Shown here piece by piece: positions 26,301 through 36,536 of a DNA stretch of 64,000 nucleotides. This stretch comes from Yuukianura sp. NJ FZ-2021. Taxonomy: Eukaryota. A program made the position numbers and the translations under genes. The notes under the pieces were generated by a model. It did no database searches. It was not told where the DNA came from and saw only the letters and a program-made list of their open reading frames with translations. How positions within the stretch are numbered: position 1 is the first letter of the stretch; every line of letters starts with the position of its first letter. Location: assembly GCA_046563655.1 (NCBI GenBank), contig CM102285.1:9362001-9426000 (forward strand), read 5' to 3'.

Positions 26301-28024
26301 ATTCTGCTGCTTATACATTTGTGCTTTTTTGAAATACTGTTTTTACAAGCCTAAATGCTTCTGAATTGAAATGATTGATGTATTGATTAAAAACTGACTT
26401 TTTGTTTCGTAGGTAAAAGAACGCAGCATCCGAAGTGTTCCCATGGGTGGTACTCGAGCTAGGTCAACGGATAGAACTACTCCAGACAGCACATTTAGTG
26501 GCCGCAGTGGTGGTGATGATGGATTTACATTATCACGAGTTCCTCCACGAAAAACAAGCGCTGGACCTGCAATTGGACGTAAGTGACGCAGTGAAAGTTC
26601 AAAATTTACGATTAGAGCTATTTTGTTTTTGATGTCTCAAGCGTTTCGCACGATCACCGTAATCTTTTTTTAATGCTTCACAGGAGGGAGCACGCCAGGA
26701 AGTCGGACTGGAAGTAAGCCACCAAGCCGTTCTGGTTCAAACTTGTCACTGGATAGCACAGGTGAGCACAATCTTGATTTGTGGGAATCTAAATTAATTT
26801 AAAGTTAGCCGTAACTTAACCTCAAATCCGCAAAAAGATTCCATTTTCAACATAATGTTTTATTTTACTTGATATAGATGATCGAGGAAGCGCCAGCCGT
26901 ATTCCCAGGAGATCTTCCAGCCTACGTCGTGGAACTTCGGGAAATGTTACTCCAACCTCATCGCGTGTGTCATCTACACCGACGACTTCCCGACCTCCGT
27001 TTTCTCTCAACACAAATGCCCGTCCTGGCGCAACATCATCCAGTGAAAGGTAAGTGTTGGTTGGATTAAAGCAACAATGGCTGTGAACTACTTGTAAATA
27101 AAACATGGTGGAACTAACATCTAAACGAGCTCACACATCCATTTAACACAGGGCCAAATCCTTTTCGAGACCTCCGTCAGCGTCACGCGGGGGGTTGAAG
27201 CGATCGGGTTCAGCCTCCAGCGTTAGTTCCTTACCAACTAGTGCGGGGTCAGGTTCAGGGCAAAGGTAAAACTATTATTAACAAACGATCTTAATACAAC
27301 TTAACACTTTTGAGTTCAGTGTGAACTGACTTTTTTAAATAATGCTTTAACCAAATTTTTGCTTAACATTTCTTTCGCTTCTTTCTTAACCAGACCTTCT
27401 CGTATTCCGGTGTTTGTTGGTGGTGATGCTGGGGATTATTGTTCGTCGCCTACTTGTCCAGGTCCACGGTAATGCGACATATCTAACCATTTCGGTAGTT
27501 AGACTAACTCGTGTTTGGTCTAACTCCTTTAGTTTGAATTGGATTTCTGTAGAAAATATAGTAATACTGACAATATATTACAGGTCAAGGACCCCTTCTA
27601 ACAGTAACATTCCACTTGCTACTTCTACACCAAGGTACTTACCAATATTAGCACTGACATTTTCCTCAAGGAAATAAACGTTTGTTTTGAGTTTGGGTTT
27701 GGCTGACCTGAGCTCAGTGACCTCTTATCCCGGATTTCTGGAATTGAATTTTGATTTTGGTTGTTGACATAAGTGTTTTATTTCAGGCAAAGAACTCCCT
27801 CTGGACAAAATGTTTCCTTCGTCCTTCACAACCCACCTTCAACTCCCGTGACAAGTACAACGACAACTCCGGCAGCTAAAACTACAACTACATCTGCCCA
27901 ACAGTCCAGTGGCTCGTCAACTAAGAGTGCTACAGCGGGAACTAAATCATCAGCAATTCCTTCGAAAACATCTTCTGAAACGAAAACAACGCCAAAGCCG
28001 CGGAGTACATTCGGGTCGAAGTAG
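689..28024 (+). CDS. shot: Spectraplakin (short stop / MACF1 / dystonin-like), 3' portion, ~35 exons in window; 5' ABD/plakin exons lie upstream
   Basis: Plectin-type repeats, many spectrin repeats, an EF-hand pair, a GAS2/GAR domain ([57 protein letters not shown]) and an SxIP-containing S/R/P-rich tail ending FGSK-TAG (28022-28024). Phase-consistent GT-AG exon chain traced throughout. Confidence 0.95.
2360..3830 (+). repeat. Coding tandem repeat, ~13 units of ~39-41 aa (PKRSEP...ETKQ/SKQ..PP..KKK) with higher-order structure
   Basis: CCGAAACGATCCGAACC-like motif recurs every ~100-125 bp. Unit types run A,A,B,C,D,A,A,B,C,D,A,B,A', giving a ~590-bp super-period (starts at 2360, 2957, 3542). 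Confidence 0.9.
3860..4210 (+). repeat. Coding short tandem repeat (P/S)VAETKP, 10-12 aa units
   Basis: CCTGTGGCTGAAAC-like motif every 30-36 bp, in frame within exon A. Confidence 0.85.
5483..9937 (+). CDS. shot: shot giant exon B: plectin repeat region
   Basis: ORF 5477-10117. Acceptor TTTTGAAG at 5482, donor CGG|GTAAGC at 9937/9938. Continuous plectin repeats (e.g. [30 protein letters not shown]). Confidence 0.9.
10756..19151 (+). CDS. shot: shot spectrin-repeat rod, exons 10756-10902, 10997-11220, 11300-11492, 11564-11680, 11757-12223, 12307-12793, 12870-14519, 14599-16065, 16140-16637, 16735-17061, 17140-19151
   Basis: Helical repeats with spectrin-type W/L pattern (LxxWL..E, RWD.L). 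GT-AG junctions are phase-compatible. Confidence 0.9.
19724..23277 (+). CDS. shot: shot distal spectrin repeats, exons 19724-19997, 20073-20402, 20482-21663, 21743-21873, 21956-22118, 22200-22358, 22429-22562, 22699-22749, 22889-22960, 23106-23277
   Basis: Conserved spectraplakin peptides ([52 protein letters not shown]). Phase-compatible GT-AG junctions. Confidence 0.9.
23365..23719 (+). CDS. shot: shot EF-hand exons (23365-23482, 23556-23719)
   Basis: [32 protein letters not shown] and [33 protein letters not shown]. Confidence 0.9.
23799..24063 (+). CDS. shot: shot GAS2/GAR microtubule-binding domain exons (23799-23861, 23946-24063)
   Basis: Signature [23 protein letters not shown] and the CxC of the GAR domain. 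Confidence 0.95.
24552..24635 (+). CDS. shot: Putative 84-nt cassette exon after GAR ([28 protein letters not shown])
   Basis: AAG acceptor after a pyrimidine-rich tract, strong donor GTAAG at 24636, phase 1-1, no stops, inside an unusually long intron. Confidence 0.55.
25326..28024 (+). CDS. shot: shot C-terminal tail exons 25326-25483, 26413-26578, 26684-26761, 26878-27049, 27152-27265, 27394-27468, 27584-27634, 27787-28024
   Basis: [23 protein letters not shown] (conserved post-GAR peptide), GSR-type repeats ([18 protein letters not shown]) and four SxIP motifs. The frame closes at TAG 28022-28024. Confidence 0.8.
25839..26044 (+). CDS. shot: Alternative (mutually exclusive with 25326-25483) post-GAR exon [16 protein letters not shown]...WKPIYRW
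   Basis: CAG acceptor 25836-25838, donor GTAAAT at 26045. Stop-free, with the same phases (1 in, 0 out) as exon 25326-25483. Confidence 0.65.
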
Positions 28025-29024
28025 TCGACAGACATATCTGACGGGCTACGCAATTTAAAACAGGAACCTAGCTCCCACCACACCCGCTCCTTACTAGTAG
28101 TCCACATCTTTTGTCGCTGCTTCTCTCACCAACACTTTACACTACCTCATCATGATTTTACCTAATGATTCAAGCGAATTTTGCTTTAGTTAGCAGTGTT
28201 ATTGGAAACTGGAAGCATTATACCTTTTTTAGAAACGGAATTATGTCAGCTAGGACATTGAACATCGACACATGAAAATTAAGGACAGTATTTCAATAGT
28301 ATTTTGTACTTGACTCTTCAGATTAACCTCTTATTAATATGACCTATAGCTTATCCGTAATATTTTGTTTAGTGCGTTAGTTGTTTAGGAAAAGTGCTAG
28401 CGTCTGAATTTTTCACGTTTCAAAACTTGAAGACTAAAGAATTAATTTTGATACACCTAAAATTGTTAGACTAAATCACGTTTTTCCTAAACTTTTTATA
28501 TTATTTACACCTGTGCCATAATTCTTGAGATCCAGAAACTGAAAACAAAAAACGTTTGGAGTTTCTGATGAACCAATCAGCGGAAAACAGCAGCAGTGCC
28601 TCCTGTAAACCTGTCTTAAAGACTGGGAACAGTCACCTTCCAGGTTGTGTGAACTGACAACAACTTTTCTAAACGTTGTGCAAGCAGAATTAGTAATTAG
28701 GTAATTGCGGAAAAGTAGAAAATGAAATGGTCAAAACGTATTTTTACAGTACTGTGAGAAGTGTAGTTGATGGAGTTGAGATACGAAAATAACATTGTAA
28801 AATAATCAGTACTTACCAACTAAAAATTAGAGCACAGTGAAGTTTAAGGCGATATAATACAATGGTGGTGTTCCAGCCTTTCGTGATCTTTTCAAAATTC
28901 ATAGCTTAGTTACATGAACTTAGAGTTAGGATGTTATAGTATTCATTGTTTACTCAACTTAATTAGCTTTATAATTTTAAGGCTTACACTTTAACTAATT
29001 AAAATAACAAATTACCAGAGAAGG

Positions 29025-29045
29025 AATAAAATTAAGATGAATAAA
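29025..29045 (+). terminator. Candidate polyadenylation signals for shot (AATAAA at 29025-29030 and 29040-29045)
   Basis: Two canonical hexamers ~1 kb after the stop codon, at the end of an AT-rich UTR-like stretch. Confidence 0.45.
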
Positions 29046-30727
29046 ATGAATTGCTATAAATTAACAGTAAAGATGAGATGCTAACTCCGGCACCTTCAAT
29101 TTGGCTAACCATCTTATGAGCTTAAATTCAGAATGGTTATAATAGCATTTTTTAAAATTTTAAAAATTGGAAAACGAACATCAAGTTCATCAAGTTTTTG
29201 GCTGATTTTTAAACAAACAACTCGACAAATTATGTAAAATATTGTTGTAAAGCCGGAGTCTACCGATTGATTAACATAAATGCTTGAAAAGTTGAATTTA
29301 TTAAACAATATCTTTATCTGAAGAAATCGCCAGGATTCAATGCGTGAGTGTGGATTGGAGAAAATGGTGATCGGATATTATACGGACCGAAGCGGCGGAC
29401 AGGAAGGATCCTTGGTTTGATTTTTTCCCACCGAAAGTCCAGTAAAGGAAAAAAAAAGTTGAAATGGAAGGGAACCTTTTTGGGTCGCCTAATCTCCGCA
29501 TAGCTCCGGACAGTTTTCAAGCAGACTCCTCAACCTCACCATGTTAAATCGATTTCAGAAAATTAAAAACAAAAATTAAAAAAGCTTTAAAAAAGTTTGA
29601 AAATTCACATCTCGGAAACGGAAAGCGATAGAGAGGTTAACACTATAACACTCTTCTCGCCTGAACTCACAAAAATAGGCAATATTTTAAAAATTTAAAA
29701 GGTAGTACCCTAAAATTTTGACGAAATTTTGAAAAAAAAAAAACATCCTTGCCTTATTAAAAATTTCAACTGACGTCTAGATATGACGCCCTTGGATTTC
29801 TTTTGGCAAAGCGGCAGCGTCTGCGCAAACCAGAATTTCAGCTCCACCGCGTGCATTCCTTCATTCACTTCTTCTTCTTCTTATTCTTTGTTCACATTGC
29901 TGGTTAAAGTGTGTAACTTATTGTTCCGAACTATATTATTGACTACTTGTTCCGAATATTTTATATTAATTTTATATTAATAAAATATAATAAACATTTG
30001 GGAATTCTAAGTTATAATCACTTTTATTATGTTATAGTATATTCATAACTCTTTTGATATTCGAAGCATTATTCTATAGTATGTGGTAGTACCTAATACA
30101 TTCGATTAATTCACGGACAGTGAAACGGGACGCGTTTACCAAAGTATTCATTCGATTCAAGTCAAGTTTATCAATGATCATAATTTAATCAATATGAATG
30201 GAAGAAAAGCTTCGGCCTTTGGAATCACATTTCTAGCCGAACTGTCACTAAAGTCTCAAATCCAGAAGTTGCAGACTAATCTTGGCAATTAAGTAACCTT
30301 ACAAGGTATAGTTGGTACTAGTACTAATACTTTAGTTAAAATTGGGCGTTCACAGACAGAGTGGACGAGCGGCCGGAGTCAACAGTCAAAGATCCAGCAC
30401 GCTTCCATCCAATCATGTCGTACAAATTCGGCTTTGGTTTCCGGCAATGACCGCCGCATTTTTTGCGACCTTGGTCAATTTTCAACTCGTAAAATCAAAG
30501 CCCGTTTCTTAAGCGAAGCACTTTCGGTACGTAGACATAGCAACCACCGAATACTGGTGAACGTGTTAATTTGAGTTTAATATTCAGAGTTTCCATCAGG
30601 GTTTTTTTTTTCAAATTCTAATCCCAGCGCGCAGCCCAGGTTCCTCCGCAAGACGTAAAAGAATTTCATCGTCGATTTTAAATTCACATTTGATTTTTAG
30701 TCCACAAGATCGCTTGTGATTACGACG

Positions 30728-32489
30728 ATGAGTTATCTCACTTCAAAGGAATCGGTATCGGATGCGCTCGCCCTTGAAGTTAAAGGTAGTGATCGTAAGT
30801 TACAAATAATGCAATTACACAGCTCAGACCATTTTATGTGCAAAATATGCATAACGCTATCCATACTGCTGAATTTGCAGATGAATACGACTGGGATGTG
30901 ACATATGACTATCCTTCCCTTATTCCGATTAATCCTTCTGTCTTCAATCCAGTCTTCTACACCGAAAAGCCTGAAACTAAAGATGAGGAGGTGTCAAAGG
31001 AAGGAAAAGACGGTGGTTGCAATATGGCGGAACGTGCACAGCCTGTGTATTCAGCTTCGACTCCTTGTAACGAATGTTGCTGGTGGTCGACTTCGGATGA
31101 CGTTGATTCTACTGGCTCAAAGCTGGAAAACTACAATTCTAGCATGGTTCAGTCCGCGCCGGCTGAGGGTGAACACCGTTATTGTTGGTGGTCAACTTCT
31201 GATGGCTGCGGACAATGCGAAGAGGCAAGTCACTTTATGTTCAAGTCAAGTTTAGTCAAAAGTACTTGGCTAAACAAGCTAAAACAAAGAGTTAACCTTA
31301 ATTGTGAATTTAGTATGAGGGAAAAGGATGTGACCCATGTCAGCGTCAGCGTGTCCAGCCGAAGCAAATTTTCCCAACGAGCAAATGTGGTTTATCGCAA
31401 GAAGTCTACGGAGTCGATGCAATTGAGGAACTGAATCGTCATGCCCATACCACGTAATCAAAGAGTTAAATAATCGTTTAACACCGCCATTTCAATTTTA
31501 CTAAACTGTGATTTTTTTTCTTTGCATTTCCCAGAGACGAAGGATGCGGAGATCTTGCAGAAGATGAGTCTGCGTGCATTCTTATTTCAGCCTCCAACAA
31601 GCGTACGTCGGACGATGATACGTGGTCCAATGGTACCAGCGAATACTACTCAGTGAGCAGTTCCGCCACACAGCTAGAAGCAGAATTAACCGAGGGTCAG
31701 CAGCAACCTGCTAGTAAAGTTGAAGCGACGGATCACCACTTCTGCAAAAATTGCCACCGAGAAGCCAGTATTTGCTGTACTCAGCTCAACGATCTCCTCT
31801 CATCAAAAACTGAAAACGACTCTGACTTGGGCATTGGATCATACTCGGGCTTATCTTCTGAACCGCGTGGACAGCATACCCTTAACCTGCAAGACAAACC
31901 CAAGGCTGTATCCACGGAATATGCCGCAAGCTCTGAGGTCATCCCTCAAGGACAGCCTGAGATTGTCAATGAAAACGCTGCCAACAAAGCCTTCCGGGAC
32001 CAGGGTTCTTCTGCCATTTCACTTGACTCGGTGTACCTGCAGACCAAAGAGACTCTTGAACAGCTCGAAGTCATGTTACAAGATTGCCATTTCGAAAGTG
32101 AACACAGCATCATCAGCGATTTTGACGAGTGCATGGACGAAATAGTAGAGCTGGTCGACCGTGGAACCTCTCCAGTATTTCGTCTCCCGATCTTGCGCCA
32201 TTGCAGCACCTCAACAACCAGTCTTGGAGGCCAATTGTATGATCATATTGCATTGAAGAACAAGGTCAAATCACGCGATGCGGGAGTTCAGACACGACAG
32301 GATGACTTACCAGTAACCCATGACCTTACAACGCCGAAATCTACTCCGTCACCCCCTCTGTCCCCATCGCTCGCGACCAAGAAAAAGGCTCCAAGTCGAA
32401 TTCCACAGCCGATTGATCGCCACCCTTCTTTCATTCCCAACGGAGCGACAACTTCTCAACCATCATCTCCGCGCAAGGCAAAACAATGA
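30728..32489 (+). CDS. Uncharacterised, largely disordered protein; exons 30728-30785, 30881-(end unclear, ORF to 31434), 31535-32489
   Basis: ATG 30728; donor AAAG|GTAGT joins in frame to acceptor TTTGCAG 30880. Strong acceptor TTTGCATTTCCCAG at 31534 opens a ~317-codon stop-free frame. AATAAA at 32544. No strong phase-2 donor found to join exon 2 to exon 3. Confidence 0.5.
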
Positions 32490-32784
32490 AACAATTGATG
32501 AAAAATATTTCTGTACCCCAAGTTCCAATGCTTTAAATTCTATAATAAATTCTATACGTTCCTATTGGGAGAACCAAAAATAAATAAAATAAACAATATA
32601 AACTTGTTTTGGTTCAATATAACTTATAATGTCTCGTTTGTGCTGATACACAACGTCAATCGATCGTCAAAAATTCTCAAAGTAAACGTGAATTCAGTTT
32701 TTTTTTGTGCCAGATTACGTCAAATATTTTTTCGTAATGGCCGAGTATGGCTGCAAGGCCAAAAATTTTCCAATTTTTAATAAA

Positions 32785-32870
32785 AGTGGTGAAATACATT
32801 TTGGAAGAGTTTCCTACTGGAACACCGGGAAAGTTTCCAGGAAAATGTTAGAAGATATGGTTGTGTTGAA
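32785..32870 (+). pseudogene. Frameshifted relic of the last exon of a luciferase-like acyl-CoA synthetase paralogue
   Basis: Reads SG-(fs)-YILEEFPTG-(fs)[14 protein letters not shown] versus [27 protein letters not shown] in the gene at 35775-35893. Confidence 0.6.
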
Positions 32871-33606
32871 TCCAATCTTATTAAAAAATTATGCACTTGG
32901 GGCTAACTTTCTTTTTAAACGCATTCTATTCGTTTGTCATAGCCCCGCAGAGTGTCTTTGTGAGAAAGTAGTGATCTTGATAATTTTTTTAAAATTCTCC
33001 GATTCTTTGAATTACTGATGCATAATAAATTTCAGCACTCACGTAGTTGATGACCTCCCTACTAATATTAAAAGTCCGGCTTTATAATTTCGACTTTGAC
33101 TCAGCTATTAACCGGGACTCATTTTGATTAATTAGAAAGATTTTGATACACGGACTGCGCTTGGAAGGAACTACTTATTACATTCGAAAAGTAAACGCCA
33201 TGTCAAGTCCCATGTCCATTATGCATTATGCATCAAGCAACACATTAATAATGTTGTACCATTTCTGTCATTGTTCGTTCCTGTCATATATTCGAAGCAT
33301 TTAATTGCCTGCCAATACTATTGATTTTCAAGAACAATCGTTCTTTTATATTTTTCCACGAGAAAGGACATGAGCGCTGAATAAAACGTATTTACACAAC
33401 TACAGCCTTTGATGAATCCAATGACCAGTGCCTGCATATCCATGGGTGGGACAGTCTGGATGTGTCGCAATACCATGGACAGTTCAGAAGAACAGTTTTT
33501 CATAGTCTGTTGCAGAATTACTTTCCCGAATCATTCTCAGGCGAACGCAGAACATTAACATTTTAACCTTTTAAACAAAAAACTCGCTACAAAGAAAAAA
33601 GTTCCA

Positions 33607-35893
33607 ATGAAAGACTTGACACTGTACTCAGAGTTTGACGAAAGCGAATACTTTGATGACGTTGGAAACCAAACAGTTCCCCAGTACTTTCTTCCTATCA
33701 TCAGAAAATTGAAGGAAAATGGACATGAGAATTGGATTGTAAGCGACGAATTATGAAAAAAATCTCTTTGAAACTTTAGTATTTAGTTCCAGCTAATTTC
33801 TACTACTGTAACAAAAGTTTCTGTTTCAATTAATATTTCAAATAGGTCAACAGTGCAACTGGAGAAAGCCGAACCTATGCTGACCTTGAAGATCTGACCT
33901 CAAGAATTGCAAGTGCATTTTACAAGCGTGGTCTTCGGAAAGGAGACACGGTTCTGTACATGACCTACGACATGTTTTGTATTCATGCCGTCATGCTTGG
34001 TGTCTGGAGAGCCAACGGAATCATGCGAGCGTCATATCCAGAGGATGACGAGTGTAACCGTTTTCACACTTTGAATTCGATTTTGTAAATCTAGTTTTAT
34101 TTTTCGAATATTTTTGAAAACCTAGTGACATTGCTGGATCGAGTTGAAGAGTCTCGTGTTGGTTGGATTTTGTGCGAACCTGAAACGGCCGAGGCTTGTC
34201 TTCGCGTTGCTTCAAACGTTTACTGGGAAGTAGAAGTCATTGTGCTTGGAAAAGACATTGAAGGATGTCTGAGTATTGAGGATCTCTTCAGCGATGATGG
34301 TTCATGTAAAGAATGTTGTCGAAAAATTAAAATTTCGACAATTTAAAAAAAAAAACTTCTGTTTTGAAGGTGTGCCTGAATCAAAAATCGTCGGAAGTGA
34401 CACAGCGCTCATCTTATGCACGAGCGGAACAACTGGAAAAAGTAAGGGAGCTGTACATACGCATACGAGTATTCTGTACCAAATCATGGGCGTCCGGAAC
34501 TTCTTGCCAAGATGTCCACTGCATCTAATTGCATCTAAGGGAACCCACATTACAGGGTCCATTATCCCCTTAGCTCTCATTTCGGTTGGGAAAACAGCAA
34601 TAGTGATGGGACAAATCACAATCACGGGACTTTTCCAAACGGTTTCAACGTACAGGCCGCAAATGATCTTTGGATTTCCAACGTTTTTGGCCTATTTGGT
34701 CAACCATCCTGAGGCGACCAAGTATGATTTCTCCAGTTTAGAAATCGCAGTGACTGGAGGAGCTCCGGTGACGCCAGCTATTGAAAACGCAATTCTGACA
34801 CTACCAAATGTAAAATTTCTAATGAAAGTAAGTGAAAGATTCTGCTTCTTGTGTATGTGTTGAGGGTACAAAGTGCAACCATGATTTAATTAATGTTAAA
34901 TTTCCAGTGCTATGGATTGACGGAGGGAGTTCCATTTGCTTCGGAATCGGATCCATCCGCTCCGATGGATAAAAAATTCGACGGTTATACTTGAGACATC
35001 CATAAAAAAACTGTTGTCTCCGTATTTTTATACTTTTTTCATACTAATTAATTTTAAATTAAGGCTTTCTTTTGACTTAATAGGAACACCGCAATTGAGT
35101 GTTGGCAAGGTATGTGTCGGAGTATCCATGCAAATTCGGGACTTGGATACTACCGAACTGCTTGGCCCTGACGAGCGTGGAGAAATTTGGGTTAAATCTA
35201 AATCTCTATTTCAATGCTATTTGCACAACCCAAACGTAAGAGCGATGAGCAAATAAAGTCAAAGTGTTGAAAAAGTTTCCTAAAGTTTTCAATTTTTATA
35301 TAGGCAACTGAAGAAGCCTTTACGGATGGCTGGTTTAAAACTGGGGACGTTGGCTATTACGACGAAAATGGATTCATCTTCATCGTGGATCGGATCAAAG
35401 AAATTTTCAAATATTACAACAACCACGTTCGTTCTAAAAAAAAATCTTCTTTAATCTAAATCGATATTTTGTCTTAAACGAAAGTCAAAACTGTCTGAAG
35501 CCTAATTTACTTTTTAAAAGATTGCCCCGACAGAATTGGAAGACGTAATTTCCAAGCATCCAAGCGTTGGAGAGGTATGTGTTGTTGGCGTGGTTGATCC
35601 AGACGGAGGAGACAGGATTCCCAGGGCATTCGTCAAACTTAAGTCTGATCTTGAAGGTTCATCCGTCACTACTGAAGAAATCCGTCAATTCGCAAACGGT
35701 GATTATCAATAGTTTGTTAATTGAATTTAAAATCATAAGTTTGAAGCATTGTTTAAAATTTTAAATTACAACAGAGCAACTTCCCAACTACAAGCACCTT
35801 CGAGGTGGTGTCTACTTTCTCTCGGAGTTTCCTTTGGGAAAGACTGGAAAAGTGTCGAGAAAGATGCTCGAAGAAGTCATTGTGACAGATTGA
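33607..35893 (+). CDS. Luciferase-like / 4-coumarate-CoA ligase-like acyl-CoA synthetase (ANL superfamily), ~541 aa; exons 33607-33738, 33846-34053, 34126-34305, 34370-34827, 34908-34983, 35084-35235, 35304-35426, 35521-35698, 35775-35893
   Basis: P-loop [63 protein letters not shown]. Exon lengths sum to 1626 nt, in frame. Confidence 0.9.
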
Positions 35894-36536
35894 GTTTAAG
35901 AAAACCGCAGTTCACAAGTAGCAGTATCGCAGCTTTCACTAAACTCCTTCTGTGGAAAATGAAAACCAATTTCCTTGTTTAGTAAACGCCATTTTCAGGG
36001 CTTCATACATTCAACATTAGTTTGAAGTCATAATGAAATGGATCTCAAAGAATTGGCATTCAGTCCTGAATGTGATGGGTATGAAAATAGTCCTTAAAAG
36101 ATCTGTCAATGACAGATCTCCTTTTAATGCTCGAAATATCTAACTACTTCCTGCTTACTAATTTAATCGGTAATAATTGTGCAACCCGATAATGCAAATA
36201 TGTCTCATATATCTCAAATATATCTCAAAATAGTTGGAAATAGTAATAACAAAAAAAAATGATTTAAACATTTCTATTATGGAAAACTGAAAAATACGGT
36301 AGTCGCCTAAAGAATTAGTGACGTTCACGATGCTACACTATAATAGGGCAAGCACAGAACACTTCGATTTATGTAATAAATAACATTAAATTAGGATTCC
36401 AAACGTGTCCAATTCGGTTATGAGAGGTGAGAATGGTTTTCAACACCTTTATTTCATTGGTTGTAAATATAAAAAGACATCTACACAAGGAGAAGGTGTA
36501 TGAGTCTGCGGTTCAGAACATATTAATTCTTTTACT

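Noticed and set aside
28022..28165. Open frame of ~46 codons after the shot TAG (stop-codon read-through)
   Set aside because: TAG-T is not a leaky context and the peptide has no recognisable feature; no support without conservation data.
29120..29960. Possible MITE/Helentron remnant after the shot poly(A) signals (CATCTCGGAAACGG motif, TTC microsatellite)
   Set aside because: No matching terminal repeats or TSD could be defined by eye.
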